Source of the DNA: Balanoglossus misakiensis
Taxonomy: Eukaryota > Animalia > Hemichordata
Length of the DNA stretch: 64,000 nucleotides
Direction of reading: 5' to 3'
Assembly: GCA_040954595.2 (NCBI GenBank)
Contig: CM082577.2
Location: 17,563,500-17,627,499, forward strand
Below, one piece after another: positions 1 to 12,950 of the stretch; position 1 is the first letter of the stretch; every line of letters starts with the position of its first letter. The position numbers were made by a program, and so were the translations under genes. The notes under the pieces were generated by a model, which was not told where the DNA came from, made no database searches, and saw only the letters and a list, made by a program, of their open reading frames with translations.

Positions 1-2049
1 TCCCTTTTGCTAACTGGGTTGGGCAATTAACAAACCGATGCTTCAGCTGCAGATATTTAGCAGGTTCCCCTTTTGTCGTCTTTGTAGAGTCCAATAATCC
101 ATTAAAGCAATCTACCCGATCAAACTTTACTCAAATTAAATGGCTATTTCATGAGTGCAACGACGAAAAATTGTTCTTAACCTCAGAACTGACCCTCGCT
201 TCTACAATAAATTTGGCTACGTAAAATCTCTTGACATTTTCCTATTCTATTATTGCGTTCAGCTAAATCTTGGGAAATTACCAAACTTGAGATCATTATC
301 TGAGATTCAACTATTCCTGCTTTAAGTCTGCCATGTATTTCTTTTGTGCGGAGCTGTTTGAGTGGATTGGGGGGGGGGGGGGATACGTACAGTTATCCAG
401 CTGTAGTTCCAGAATGTAACTGGCCTGGATGGTTGTCAAGCCTTACTGCGCAGACTAGTCTCTGTTGTGTTCACTTTGAACTACAGTGAATTTCGCACAT
501 TAAATTTAAACAGTTCAGCATTAAATAGACAGAGAGAGAGAAACTATATTTTAATTCCCCAGCATGGACCACATCCAAGAATCAACGACGGTATTAATTC
601 AAATACGGACATGGCCGAATGAATATTAAAACGTGTTCATTTTATAGATATGAAAGCTTCTTTTAAATTTATAAAGAATGTGTACACCGAAAAAGTAACA
701 TCGCATTGAAATAGTGTCATATCACGTCACCAGAATAACTTATTTGCTGGGAAAGGTGGAATTCATGTTAACAATGGATCTATCCATGACAACATCGCAA
801 TTGCTAGCTTTTGTCTGCAGCTAAAAGAATAGTATACCATAGCCTTATAATTTTATTGAAAATTTCCCGAATAACATTTACCATAATGAATTATTTTTGT
901 TCTGTCGCGTTTTATTGTTTGCTTCACTTGAAGATATGCACTGGCCTATTATGTCTACCGGTATAAATATGGAATTTGCAAAGATGGCACGTTTATAATC
1001 TTCAACATTTTGTAATTTTCAGGTTTCACTTTTGCTCTACAAGTTGGGTTTTCCCTTTAGGCCTTGGCCCGATTCTATAATGACTGACGTGTACATTTTC
1101 TGTAAAATAATGACCGATGCGGAAAGTTTTGAAAGCGCATTGAGCCTATACTTTTTGCAGCGAACGCTCAAATCTGTTAGTTTTGATCGTCGACCTGCCG
1201 ACTAAGAGACATACTGATCATTGTCGTTGTTTGTTCCACATTTGAGCCCTGTTTATGTTGAAATATAATGGACTTTAAACATGACTGTGTTTAATGTATA
1301 TTTTTAATTGAAGCTCTCAAATCCCCCAGTGGGAAATAAAAGTAAAATAAAATGGCTCTATGGACTTTGGGTTAATTTTGTGAATTTCCCCGTTTTGAAC
1401 ATGCATTTTCGAATGAAATGCTAAAAATTGTGATGTTATGGAACAGAATGTGTCACTTATCATACGATCTCAATAGATCATCAAGGCCTACATGTACACC
1501 ACAATAAAGTTCAGATTTTACATTTAAAAAAAACAGAACTAATAAACAAAAACAAACAAACAAACACAATGAATGTCAAATGACGACCTTTGTACATCAT
1601 TTACAATATGAACATATAGTGTGATTTGGTGGAATGTTGTTGAAAACACCAGAAAACTGAATATGTAAAGAGGAATTAAATCACCTACCTAACTGCTTGA
1701 AACATTTCATTGATTTTGCAAGTGCTAGCAAACATATGTCACCTCCAACATCTAATTGTGTTTGTGGATTCGGTCCATTACTGGCTAAAACTCTACGATT
1801 ATCTTTTTGATGACTTGTCCATAATTTATCACAATATAGCCTACTCAACACTGTGAAGCAATAGGCCTACATGTTAGGCCTAAACGTGATCCTGCTTTTG
1901 ATGTGCTAGGCTTGTCGAATGAGGGCGCTTGAAAAAATTGTGAGTGGAATACAGAAATAGGCATGTTTACAAATTCTCGTAACCGCCAAAAAAATAAAAA
2001 AATAAACACCCTTTACATCCTGTACATATGCCCGATTATGGTTAGAAAG

Positions 2050-2175
2050 CCGTGACGTGTCCAAGTTTTTTGTATGACCGTCGTGTAGGTGACCGTGTCA
2101 AAGGTCACGAAAAAGATGGCGTCCTCCATGTGATATGATTTCACATCATTCCGCGTCAGAGTTCGTGTCTTCCCG
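2050..2175 (+). promoter_or_regulatory. PTCD1 promoter and probable non-coding first exon
   Basis: CpG-rich patch with a YY1/TISU-like AAGATGGCG at 2113-2121 and a strong donor CG|GTAAGT at 2175/2176. The matching acceptor is TTTTCAG ending at 4675. Confidence 0.6.
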
Positions 2176-2820
2176 GTAAGTCGAGGAAAACGTCAGTTTT
2201 TGTTGTCATATTTAAACATTGCTTATATCAGAGACACTGTACATTGCACGGGTCCAATGGTCGCTGTATGGCATTGAAGTTTGATCGTGTCTTGTCTAGA
2301 TTTTGCAAGTTGCACGTTGCATACACGTGTATACTAGCCCTGCGACTGCGTACAGGTCTGTGTGGTTACACGCTCCTCGTCACGGCCTCGGTGGTGGAGG
2401 CCATGTAATGCCAGGAACACAAGACCTGTTCGCACGGCTATATTCACGTGCGGTCCATTAGTACCGGTAATAGCATTACAGTACAATCGATCGATATTTG
2501 CCTGGCAACCCACATCATCACCATTAACAACAACAACAAGCTAGATTCCTCTGTTCCCTGTTATCTGACCCCAACACAATGCAATGTGCAGCCCCACAGG
2601 TTCTCGTAACGTTGCTTGGATAGGCATTCGAGGTGTGTACCCCATGGTGTTCAGTGGCCTAGTATGGCTGTACAATCAAAGTTACGAGAATCTTTGTGCA
2701 ACCTAGCTCTGCATGATAGGGTTGTATGTCTTACTGCGATACGCTGCCATGCAGAGCTATGGAAGCTGGTGAAGTTTAATATATACATAGTGGACTCGTC
2801 TTTACCCGTTACCAACCTTG

Positions 2821-3221
2821 TAGCCTAGTACCTCGGCGTATTTTGTCCGCTTTGCTTCCAAAACTAACGCCTAGCCTCACTCATGTCACTGGCCCAATAA
2901 AACCCCATACCCCTTGCTGGGAACATAGACCCTAGCGTCCCCTTGAAGTCACTCACATAAACTGAACAATGGTGATTGGGTGTAAGGTTATAGTGAAGGC
3001 AGGGCTAATTTGAATTACAAATGTTACCCATCCTTACTTATATATAAATATCCTTTGTCCAATCATTGGAAAAACAAAGTCTCTGATTGACTTCAGAGGG
3101 ATGCTAGTTACATCACAATTCCCAGCAAGGGATATAGGGTTTTATTGGGCCAGTGGCATGAGTGAGGCTAGGCGTTAGTTTTGGAAGCAAAGTGGACAAA
3201 ATACGCCAAGGTACTAGGCTA
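2821..3221. mobile_element. Foldback MITE with TAGCCT...AGGCTA ends and 9-bp TSD
   Basis: Inverted arms of about 130 bp (2821-~2955 and ~3087-3221). CCAACCTTG is duplicated at 2812-2820 and 3222-3230. Confidence 0.9.
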
Positions 3222-3652
3222 CCAACCTTGGTGATGCCATTATTTTTTAGGGCCGAGGGAGAATGAGTGTGGGTATGAAAAGGGTGACACTGTAAACAGT
3301 AAAGTCTCCAAAACAATTAGTTTTGTTTCGACAATGGCCTTTTATCAGCAAGCAAAGAAAGCATGGGCTTTTGGCTACCTCTCAAAATTGACGGTCCTTT
3401 TTGTAAACAGCTCGTGATTTGGTCACCAATTAAAAACGCACTGATGGTTTTGCATGGCTGTGAAAATTACATGACCAGAGTTTCAGTGAGACATGGGTCA
3501 TTCTTTTCGAAGTCTTGTTTATGTTTGGACCGGGATGTGCTTTTAACTTGGGCTAGGAACTACCCTTTGAAAAAGATGGTGACCAGGAGCAGAGCTCAGC
3601 TAGGCCAAAACCTCTATGGGGAAAGTGCCCTCACGTCCGTGCAGTTGTTTTG

Positions 3653-4331
3653 CTTATCACGCCCCGGCCCGGTGACCATTTTTGGAAGACGCGTTCAATA
3701 TCTCCGGATCTAGTTTTGTTTTTATTCCGCGAGATTCGAAAGTTGTCGTTGCTACGTTCTGAATGCCATTTGTCTGGTGTCAGTGACTAGTGTTGCACTT
3801 GCAGTGTGTGTACGTCCATTGTGTATGTCGCTACCATATCTCATCCTCTCCCGTAATCGCTGCATGTCATAGAGCTTTATTTTGAAATATGAATAGTAAA
3901 ATCGATGATTTGATCTGATTAATTAATGTGTGACTGTCGGAGTCGATCGTCGCTAAAAAAAATATTTCGCTCGCGCTTGGCTGAGTTCGAGCGCGTCTAT
4001 ATCTCACGTGCAATAGAATGTAAACAAATGACATCATGCATATTAATCCGCAAGAACTAGAGGAATATGGCTCTATGCTACACGATTGATCATTTCAAAA
4101 CGATAGATAAAAACGTAATATTTACATTTCAAAATATTTAATTTTCAGAATGTGTATTTTATTAATTTCTTGGTGATTTATTGTTCAATAGGCATATGAT
4201 AAAACCTTTACGGCCCTGATACGGTTCTTGCGGCCCTCAGACGTACGGCGATTCGCGCCCTCCCTGCGGTCGGGCGTTTCCGCCGTACGACCTCGGGCCG
4301 CAAAACCCGTATCAGGGCTGTAAAGATTATT
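3653..4331. mobile_element. Asymmetric hairpin element (hairpin at right end) in PTCD1 intron 1
   Basis: GC-rich hairpin at about 4208-4324 (TTTACGGCCCTGATACGG...CCGTATCAGGGCTGTAAA; inner CGTACGGCG/CGCCGTACG). The body is CpG-rich. The left boundary is approximate. Confidence 0.55.
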
Positions 4332-4852
4332 CATCACTCACCTAAACTCGAAGATTCTACATATGTCAGACATGAAAAGGGGGGAAAGGGTTTGAGAACT
4401 GCAGCTCAGAAATTAAAAATGCGTTATTCAAGGTAATTAGGTAGTAATCATGTAAATTCAATTGAATTATGAGTATGTTGTAATACATGACGTGATGTAT
4501 AAGAATGTTTTATCCTTACATGTACATGTATTTCGTTCTTAAACCATACCTGTATGCTTGCAACTATGTAATGCTTGTTAATTGGATCAAAACTACAGTA
4601 GTAAAGTATTCTGCTAAACTATACAAGTCATGTAATGTGCTGATTTGATTAAATTTTGTGTTTGCTTATTTTCAGATATGTACAGTTCAGGTCGATTGGT
4701 ATTTCAAATTTACAAACTTTAATTGACCTAATTTGTACATGGCTCAGAGATTAGCAAATTCTCAAACATCTGGAAGTACTGTGGGAACTGCTGAGAAAGA
4801 TAGCTGCTTCATCAGAAAGAATCTGTGTGCACATTGCAACATTGTCTGAGAT

Positions 4853-7800
4853 ATGGCATTTATACGGATGCACTGTGTATGTAAACTGTATTGGAATTTA
4901 GTCAAACACAATGCCCAGATATCAAGTGTTTTAGTTTCAAACTGGACGACTAAACAGCTGACTTTATCAAGATCCAGCTCCATCAGTCATCATCCCTGTC
5001 ATGCACAGTTGTCGCAAGACTGTTTTCACAGTGTATCTTCGAGACTCAAACTTCACACTAGTGCTGCCAACTTTTCTGATGCCAAAGCGATCTTGCCTAG
5101 GAAGGTTGATTCCACAAGAACTTCAAAACAGTACAGGAATACAGGGGTGGGAGGGATGGATCTCCAGTTCTTAATCGACAAAAATGACAAGATTTCCAGT
5201 AGTGACAGTGACAGTAAGATGTGTGTTGATGGAGGAGATGATAGAGAGATACAGCTTGTGTATAAGAGAGAGAAGGCAGAGAGTGAGAGACAGGCTTACT
5301 TCAGTAGAAGATTTACAAAAAGGACTTTAGATGATGTACAGGAAGATGGAGTGGATACCCTTACAGCAGAAATTGGGTTCAACAGTTCAAAGGGCAAAGG
5401 TCAAAATGACAAAAGATCAGTGATTGACGATGGTGATGTGTTTGGTACTCTAACTGATGAATATAAAAACAGAAGGGTAAGTGATGAACTTTGAGATTTG
5501 TAGCCCATTGTATAACCCTTTTACCACCATGGTTTGTCTAAATCCATTGTTTTCTATGGTAAACTTAGCTCTGTACAGTCTGAAACATGGTGGGTGAAGA
5601 TGCAGCGTTGAGAGCAAAGGGAAATTAATAGGGATTGACATCATATTCTGTTTAGTGTAAAAAAGTAGCTGTTCAAATTCATTGGATGTGCTAATATACT
5701 GATGAATTGCTGGGAAATGTACAAGACCTGTCCTCACAGTATTCATGCACCTAATGTATAAGAGTAAATTTACAACAAAAAACACCTAAGCAATGAAACA
5801 CCACCATATAAGACAAATGTCACAGATCAACTGACGTCAAATTACCAGTATACCGGTATAGCAATGCTTAGTCAAGGATACAGGTGACACAATGAAATAA
5901 CCTACTAGAAAGAAATATAGTTTTCAATCACAGTACAGACTGTGGCTGAAACCCTCACTTGTGGACACATAGCCACTGAAAACAAATCCACACGTCTACT
6001 CTTCCAGTATACAGACCTGAAGTTTCTCTCATAGACCTAACCCATGTGCATGTAATAAGAACCCAAGAACTTGAAAATCCTTCAGTGCCTTGTATACCAA
6101 TCAAACTGCAGTTGTCAGTCTTGGTTCAGGATAATCTTTCACACACAAAATAATTCCAGAAGGGGTTATCAATTAAAGTAAGTTGCAATGATCAATCATG
6201 CACATTATTATCTGTTGGTCAACAGTACGAGGGAGATGAATTTCTTGTCCTTGAAGATGATGACAAGGAATTAATATTACCACGAGGGCGCCGTCACACC
6301 CCAATGTGGTATGGCAATCAAATGAAGAAACTGATCAAAGCAGGAAAGGTTAGTAATTCCTAGATTCAACTGCATAAGGGAAATTTCCATCCATAATGGT
6401 GTCTAGAAAAACCAAATGTGATGTGAATTTTACTTTTTGAAATATGTTCTACAGTAGCTTCCACATTGAAGACTCTTTTGTTACTTGTTCAAGCAGACCT
6501 GGTGTCTTTGATCAGTGCATTGTATGTGTTTGTTTTAAAAAGCCTGATTTTAAACTTTGTCATTATGTACTATTGTTAACTGATTATACCAACTTGTTTG
6601 TAAAATAATAGGGAAATCCCTATATGTGTCTCTGTTGGAGGACTGAATGTCAATGATGCAAGGTCAAATGTGGGTCAATAAGGTGACTTGTGTCTGAATT
6701 GAGACACTTGCAGTTGGCATATCTGTGGAGACTAGGGCCTAGTGTACATTTAGCTGTGGTCAGGGTTGTTACCGGAGGAGATTGGGTATAATGACAAAAT
6801 AGTCAAGAGTTTCTCATTAATGAATATTTTGTCAATAACTGTTGTATGTTACATCACGTACCACTGGTACTTCGATAGAATCATTGTCAGAACCATTTCG
6901 CAGGCAAGCTGTGCCTGATTTAAATCCACAGTGATTTCCTTCAATGTTTTTAAAAATGAATTTTTCCATCCAGTGGGGACAATGCCAATATTATGACTTG
7001 TCCAAGTACCGCTTGTTTCATATTTCCACAGTTAAAAGAAGCCATTGACATTCTAGAAGTTAGAATGCTACAAGAAGACCGAGCCTTCCCAACAGAATAT
7101 AACTATAATGTGTTGATTGGTGGCTGTGGTAGGGCTGGCTACACCAAGCAAGCATTTAAACTCTATAATGATGTAAGTTATGATATGTATAAAGAAGCGT
7201 TCTTTTATATATATACATAAGATCTCACTACACTTGTTTATGACTCTTAGTGACTTCCCAGAGATACTACATATAACAACCTTCAAAGCAGAAAATTAGA
7301 TCAATGTCACTGGTTTCAAAAATTTCACACACAATATGAGATTGTTCTGGGATTTGCAGAAGCATAGATTTCAGAGAGGATTGATTCTCAATCTGATGAT
7401 TTCCTTGCTATAAAATAAAGTACTGTGACATAGCACTTGTATGCATTTTGTCATACATACTACCATTTACATTGTTGATGCTTGGAAAGAAAAAAATATA
7501 TATTTCATGGTGATGTGCAAATGAGACATTATCCTTATTTGAAAGCGTGTTAAGATTGAAAATTATAGCAAATTTAGAATTCAAGCAATACTGCTAAATG
7601 TTTTAGTTATGCATGACGTGTATCAATTGTTTTCTGCTGTCAGCTTCAGTTCCAATCTTGTAAACTAGTCACACCATTATTATATAAATGTTCATCACTT
7701 TCATGAGTAACAAATGGGAATAATAGGAAACTTTTTATTTTGTCAAATCTGAGGGGACATTTGTATTAACATGAGAACTCAATGACCGCTGTGCATGATC

Positions 7801-10800
7801 TGTGTGGTACAGATGTTCTTTTCATCTGTTGCAGTACTTTCACTCACTCCACTTCTAAATTACTGCCGCAACAGGTCATGCACAGCTCTCTGTACATGTA
7901 CTTGTGCAAGACAATCAGCTCCACAATCAACACAAATGCCTGTGATCCCATCTGCAGATGAAAAGAAGAGGACTAACCCCATCAGATGTCACCTATACAG
8001 CTTTAATCAATGCCTGTGCACAATCTCCATGGCCAAAAACAGATGGTCTATCCAGACTGAAGAAACTGCGAGCATTACTGGATGCCAAATCAACACAGTT
8101 GAATGCAATCAGCTACCGTTGCTTGATCAAGGCATACGCTAGATGTGGTGATGTTCTGGCAGCATTCTATACATTTGATGAGATGATTTCAGCCGGGTAC
8201 AGACCAGTGGTTGATAACTTTAATGTTTTGTTGATGGCTTGTATTGAAGAGAAGGAGTGTGGATTCAGAATGGCGTTACAAGTAAGTGTGTTGTAGCATC
8301 GTTACTGACATTATCGAGATGTACCTGTAGTTTGAAAGCAAACCTTTTGCCTGGCAGCATGGGCTCTCTTGATTGTGATGTCCATGGTCATCGTGTCATC
8401 ACCCCCCCCCCCCCCCAAGTGTTACTTTGTAGTGTTGAAATGTAGGAAGTTGAGTGAAACGAAATTTGGTGATTTGTGGGCAGAATGTTCTGGCATAGTA
8501 TGCATCCTACGATGAATTAAGAACTGTTTTGTTTCTGCAGGTCTGGCATCAGATTCTCCTGCATGGAAACAAACCAACCACACAGACTTACAATCTTCTA
8601 TTGAGAGCAGTGAGAGACTGTGGCATAGGAGATGTAGAAACTGCCAATCAGCTTCTAATCCACAGCCAAAAGAAAAAGGATAAAGTCAAACAAATTTCTC
8701 TGGGAAAGTCTATAAAAGGAACTGTTGATGAAAGATTTGATGGAACAGAAGGCAAAGCAAATCAAAGGAAAGAGATTTTCACATTAGAACCTGTTAGTGA
8801 AAGTGCAATTGCTGAAGAAGATAGACTGAATCAAAACAAAGAAGTCCAGTGGTGGCAACAAAGCAACAATACAAACATGGTTTCCATGGATACAAGGGAT
8901 GTGGCACTAAAAGGACACAGCTCTGAAGAGTTACTGGGTATCAGTGTTCCAGAAGGATTACCAAATTTACTGGATGTCTCTCCAGCAGTTCGGAACGTGA
9001 CTAGTCTGAGTGGATGTAACAGCCAAGAGAGCAGACTTGCATTGATTGGTGGTGTTAATGGAGTCCTAGAAAAGATGAAGGAACACAATGCTAAACCTGA
9101 CATCAAAACATCTACTTTGTTTCTTGACAACATTCCCATGACAACCAAAGCTGAAAAAGAGCTGATTGCTGCCATGGAGACAGAGGGTATACAACTAGAT
9201 GTTGATTTCTGCAATGGTGTTATCAGAAGACGCACAAAGCGTAATGATCTGCAAGGTGCAAAAGTAAGTTTCAGCCATCCAGTGGTCATTGCAAACCTCA
9301 TTTGTGGCAGATATCAATTTTGATATGTAATGGAATAGGAGATCCTCTGAAAATTGATAAAAATTAAGATCACATCCCAGTAGATGGAAGAGTTGTTTCC
9401 AGCTGCTTGTGCCATTGTGTCGCATACAGCATGTATATACATGTAAGTGGGCATAACCCGCCTGATGGAAAAATCCTATGCCCAAATTTTAGGTCTAAAA
9501 TGCCATTTTTGAGGTTTAATCTCTCATATACAAACCACTCTTTTATGTGCTAATAGTACTTTTTACAATTACCCTTTGAAGGCTGTTCTTCGACTAATCA
9601 ATAAAAATGGACTCCATCCAAATCTGAGGACTTTTGTCAATTTAGCTTGTGCTTGCTTCAGACAAGAAGATGGAATTCAACTACTTGCAGATGTCAAGGT
9701 GAGGTAAAACTGTATTGTAAAGAAACAGTACTGTAACTTTGATTTTATTCAGTGTTTTTGTCTCAAGTGGCATCAATCAGGCCTTGTCGTACTCTCCACT
9801 GCATGTTGAAGTTCTATCAGTTCCCCCCCCCCCCCCACCCCCATCTCTCTCTCTCTGCATCATTTCGAGTTTACATGTACAGGCCAGTGTCTTTTAGTTT
9901 TAGGGAAACAATGGAAACTCATTTACATAACAATAACCCAAAGTCAGGTTCAATAGCACTCTATAGGTCATCTAATGTCCCCGAAAACTCATGCTTAAAC
10001 AGTCATTAGTTGATCTATAGAGTGCTATTAAACCTGACTATTTTTGTTGAAGATCAGCACAGCTACAGTAATATTTGATAACAATAACCTCTCACATTAT
10101 ATATCACTAGTATTCAAGAAATTAGCATTGTGCAGGATCAGAATTTCTTTGAGATAACACTATATACAAAGTTTGTAAACTTTGCCATTGGTCCTGCAGA
10201 AAGCTGAACTGTTAAAGCCTCAGTATTTCTCGTAGGGGCAAAATTTTGTTTGAAATGGCATCTATAATTTCTAAAAGTAGATGATAATTGATACTGAATC
10301 GAACAGTCATCATCCCCAGCTCTGCTCATAAACTCATACAATTTACAATATAACGAGTGAAGAATGACTTTCTGTCCGGACAGAAAGTCAGGCTTTGTTG
10401 ACACACGTGACTAGTGCGCATGCGCACTCAAATGTGAATCTATGCGGAAGAGGTTTGGTCGCCCAAATCAAGCGACTCAGCGAAGAAATGCGCACTAATT
10501 CGGCGAAATTTTGGGAAGATAACTTTATGGGAAAATCAGTCGATGGAACCAGATCAAATCCGAAAATGGTCTGACCATCAAATGTCAAAGTGGCACGTTT
10601 GCTGATCGACATGTACAACATTTCTGTTGTAAACAAACCCGCGCATCATTTCAAGTGTTACGGGCAATATTTACAGCTTGCACGTAGCTACAGTTGCCCA
10701 AACCTTTCTTCTATCTTCATTATGTAGTATTCCATGATGAATGTACGGGAAAAACGGGCATTTTTCGATGATGAAAAATGGATACACACGAGAAATACTG

Positions 10801-12007
10801 GGGCTTTAAAATCATGTGAACATTTGTGGTATTTTCAGACAGCTGGTCTGAGTGCAAACCTGCCTCTCTATAGTGCATTGATCGGGGCAGCAAAAAGGAA
10901 GCAAGACTATGGATACCTGATAGAGATTATGAAAATGATGAAAGCTGATGGAGTGAAGCCAAATGAGATCATTCTGAATCAATTAGAACTTGCTGCTGCC
11001 TTCACTTCAAATATTGCCAAGGTGAGGTCATGTTAGATTTCTGAGGTAAATTCACAAATGGTCATACGCAAAAACGAGGCCAGGAAGTCAAAGAGTGAAA
11101 ACTTTATCATGTTGTGTATCGTCGCTATAGTTGGGACCGACGGTTGACAGCTGTTAGGCTATCATACCCATCCATCTTCTCATGATCAGAATTGAACAAC
11201 AGAACAACATGTATCTACCCTGAGTTGACAAAAAACTATTATAGGTTTTCTAATTTAAGTATATTAATTTCTCAAGCTGCTGTTATTGTTGTAGACATCT
11301 ATGAGCCTGGACTTGATTTGCTTGGTTTGGTCACATGCCATACCAACACTGGGTTTCAAAAGATTGAGAAGATCGAGAAATTTTTTCACAAAGTTGGTAG
11401 ATAAGACGCTTGATCAAATGGACTTTTGCACGAAACAGTCAGACTGTCCCCTAAAAATGAAATGAGCGATGTTCAACTGAAATGGAGAACAAGTTGATAG
11501 TGTTTGCAGGTTTGGACCAAACTCCAAAGGCTCCTCCTTGAGCACCGATAATCCTTGGCCTCTCTTTCAATACAAATTTTGCCATACTTCAGTCAAGGAG
11601 TACCAGTCTTTCATGAAAATATTCAGTCACTTGCTTGCTATGTGAATTGGTGCCGTAGGTCTGGCTTTGAAATATTCCACTAGAAAGGTATGCCATTCCT
11701 GGGTAACACAATGCTATAGTATAAGTATGTTTTATTCTGTATGCTCTCTATATTTAATTTGACGTATGTACATGTACATATATAACAAAAGTGACCAAAA
11801 ATTCCAGATAAAATGTTGAGATTGTCTTTATCTTCTCTTTGACAGGGATTCAACAAGAAACTAAATCCTAGATTAGCCAAGATACAAGGTTTCCGTGGTT
11901 ACTACACAGTGTGGTTGAAAGAGATGAAGGTTGATGTGGGGGAGCACCCTTGGACAAAGTTTACATCTCACAGCAACAAACTAGAAGATTATGAGATGGC
12001 CTGCTGA
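4853..12007 (+). CDS. PTCD1: Pentatricopeptide repeat-containing protein 1, mitochondrial (spliced, about 798 aa)
   Basis: Coding exons 4853-5476, 6226-6348, 7032-7172, 7958-8281, 8541-9263, 9582-9698, 10839-11021, 11846-12007 have GT-AG boundaries and join in frame. PPR motifs include [46 protein letters not shown] and [17 protein letters not shown]1-like signatures are [33 protein letters not shown] and C-terminal KIQGFRGYY...HPWTKF. The start codon is the least certain part. Confidence 0.93.
9942..10039. repeat. Inverted repeat with a stem of about 36 bp in a PTCD1 intron
   Basis: AGTCAGGTTCAATAGCACTCTATAGGTCATCTAATG pairs with CATTAGTTGATCTATAGAGTGCTATTAAACCTGACT. Confidence 0.8.
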
Positions 12008-12580
12008 ATCATTAGTTTCAACAGAAGATGTCTGTCTGTCCCTCCAGAGGGCGCTGTTTTATGACCTTTGGCTTTTCTGGATCTATTTCATTCAAACTTG
12101 GTGCAAGGACAATGTACCAAACATATTTTCAATTTCATCTGGTTTTCCAAAAAAAATTCTAACCACATCTCTAAACAGGGATGTCTTCCCAAACATAAGA
12201 CTCACTCACAAGATAGAGTGTTATCATGTTTATTTGAAAAAATCTACTGTCTTCAAAGGAAAACACTGCCACAGTGCCTAAAGGTCTGAATTTTATGCAT
12301 CTATCCATTTCAATTAAGCATGTTATTGTTAACTGAATCATCTCGTAATATAAACAGCATTTACTTGAATGGAATTAATTTTGTAGAAATTCAACATCAA
12401 ATTTTACTGTGACTTCATATTCACAATATCTCAGTAACGCATGGGTGATAGTAAAGACAATGAGATTTTCCATTGCAATCTTGATTTTGGTGGAAAATTA
12501 ATGTAAAATCTGTTTATACTTTTTTTCTTGTGAAAAATAGTAATTTTCCTGTGTATGCACTGAACCTTGTGGAATATTTG

Positions 12581-12586
12581 AATAAA
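12581..12586 (+). terminator. Candidate PTCD1 polyadenylation signal
   Basis: AATAAA about 570 nt after the stop codon, followed by T-rich sequence. Confidence 0.5.
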
Positions 12587-12692
12587 TATTTATAATTTAA
12601 TCATGCTTGATAGGTGTGCCAAAAAAATGTACACAAGAAGCCAGAATTCATTTTCTTGTTGCAGGATTTTTTCTTTTTTTCCATTTGACATC

Positions 12693-12950
12693 TTTTTTAG
12701 CTCTGCTGTCAGCGATGCAGAGTTTATCAGATAGGGTGATTATCCATCCTCATCCAGCATCCAGTGGCAGTGTCTGTCAACACATCTTCTCTGAAACCAT
12801 TGGTAAGATTGCTTTGAAATTTGCTTTGCATGTTCCTGGGGTGACCTGAGTAAAGTTTGTTTTTGGGCAATTTTTGCCGTTTTTGGTAAAAAACAATCTT
12901 TATTACATATGTATTACAGATTACCTATCTGACAGCAGCTGATGATGCTA
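12693..12950 (+). mobile_element. Helentron/HINE-like interspersed repeat; a second fragment lies at about 13706-13870
   Basis: Starts TTTTTTAGCTC. Subterminal IR CTGCTGTCAG (12703-12712) / CTGACAGCAG (12929-12938), then a degenerate (ATCC)-like tract. The core GGGCAATTTTTGCCGTTTTTGGTAAAAA and a related TTTGAAATTTG...GTTCCT..GGGTGAC motif recur at 13.71-13.81 kb. Confidence 0.55.

Noticed and set aside
4739-4855. In-frame TGA before the PTCD1 ATG as a selenocysteine codon giving an N-terminal extension
   Set aside because: I saw no SECIS-like AUGA...AA...GA stem in the 3'UTR and PTCD1 is not a known selenoprotein. It is treated as a uORF stop.
8831-9301. 156-aa minus-strand ORF
   Set aside because: Antisense to the large PTCD1 coding exon.
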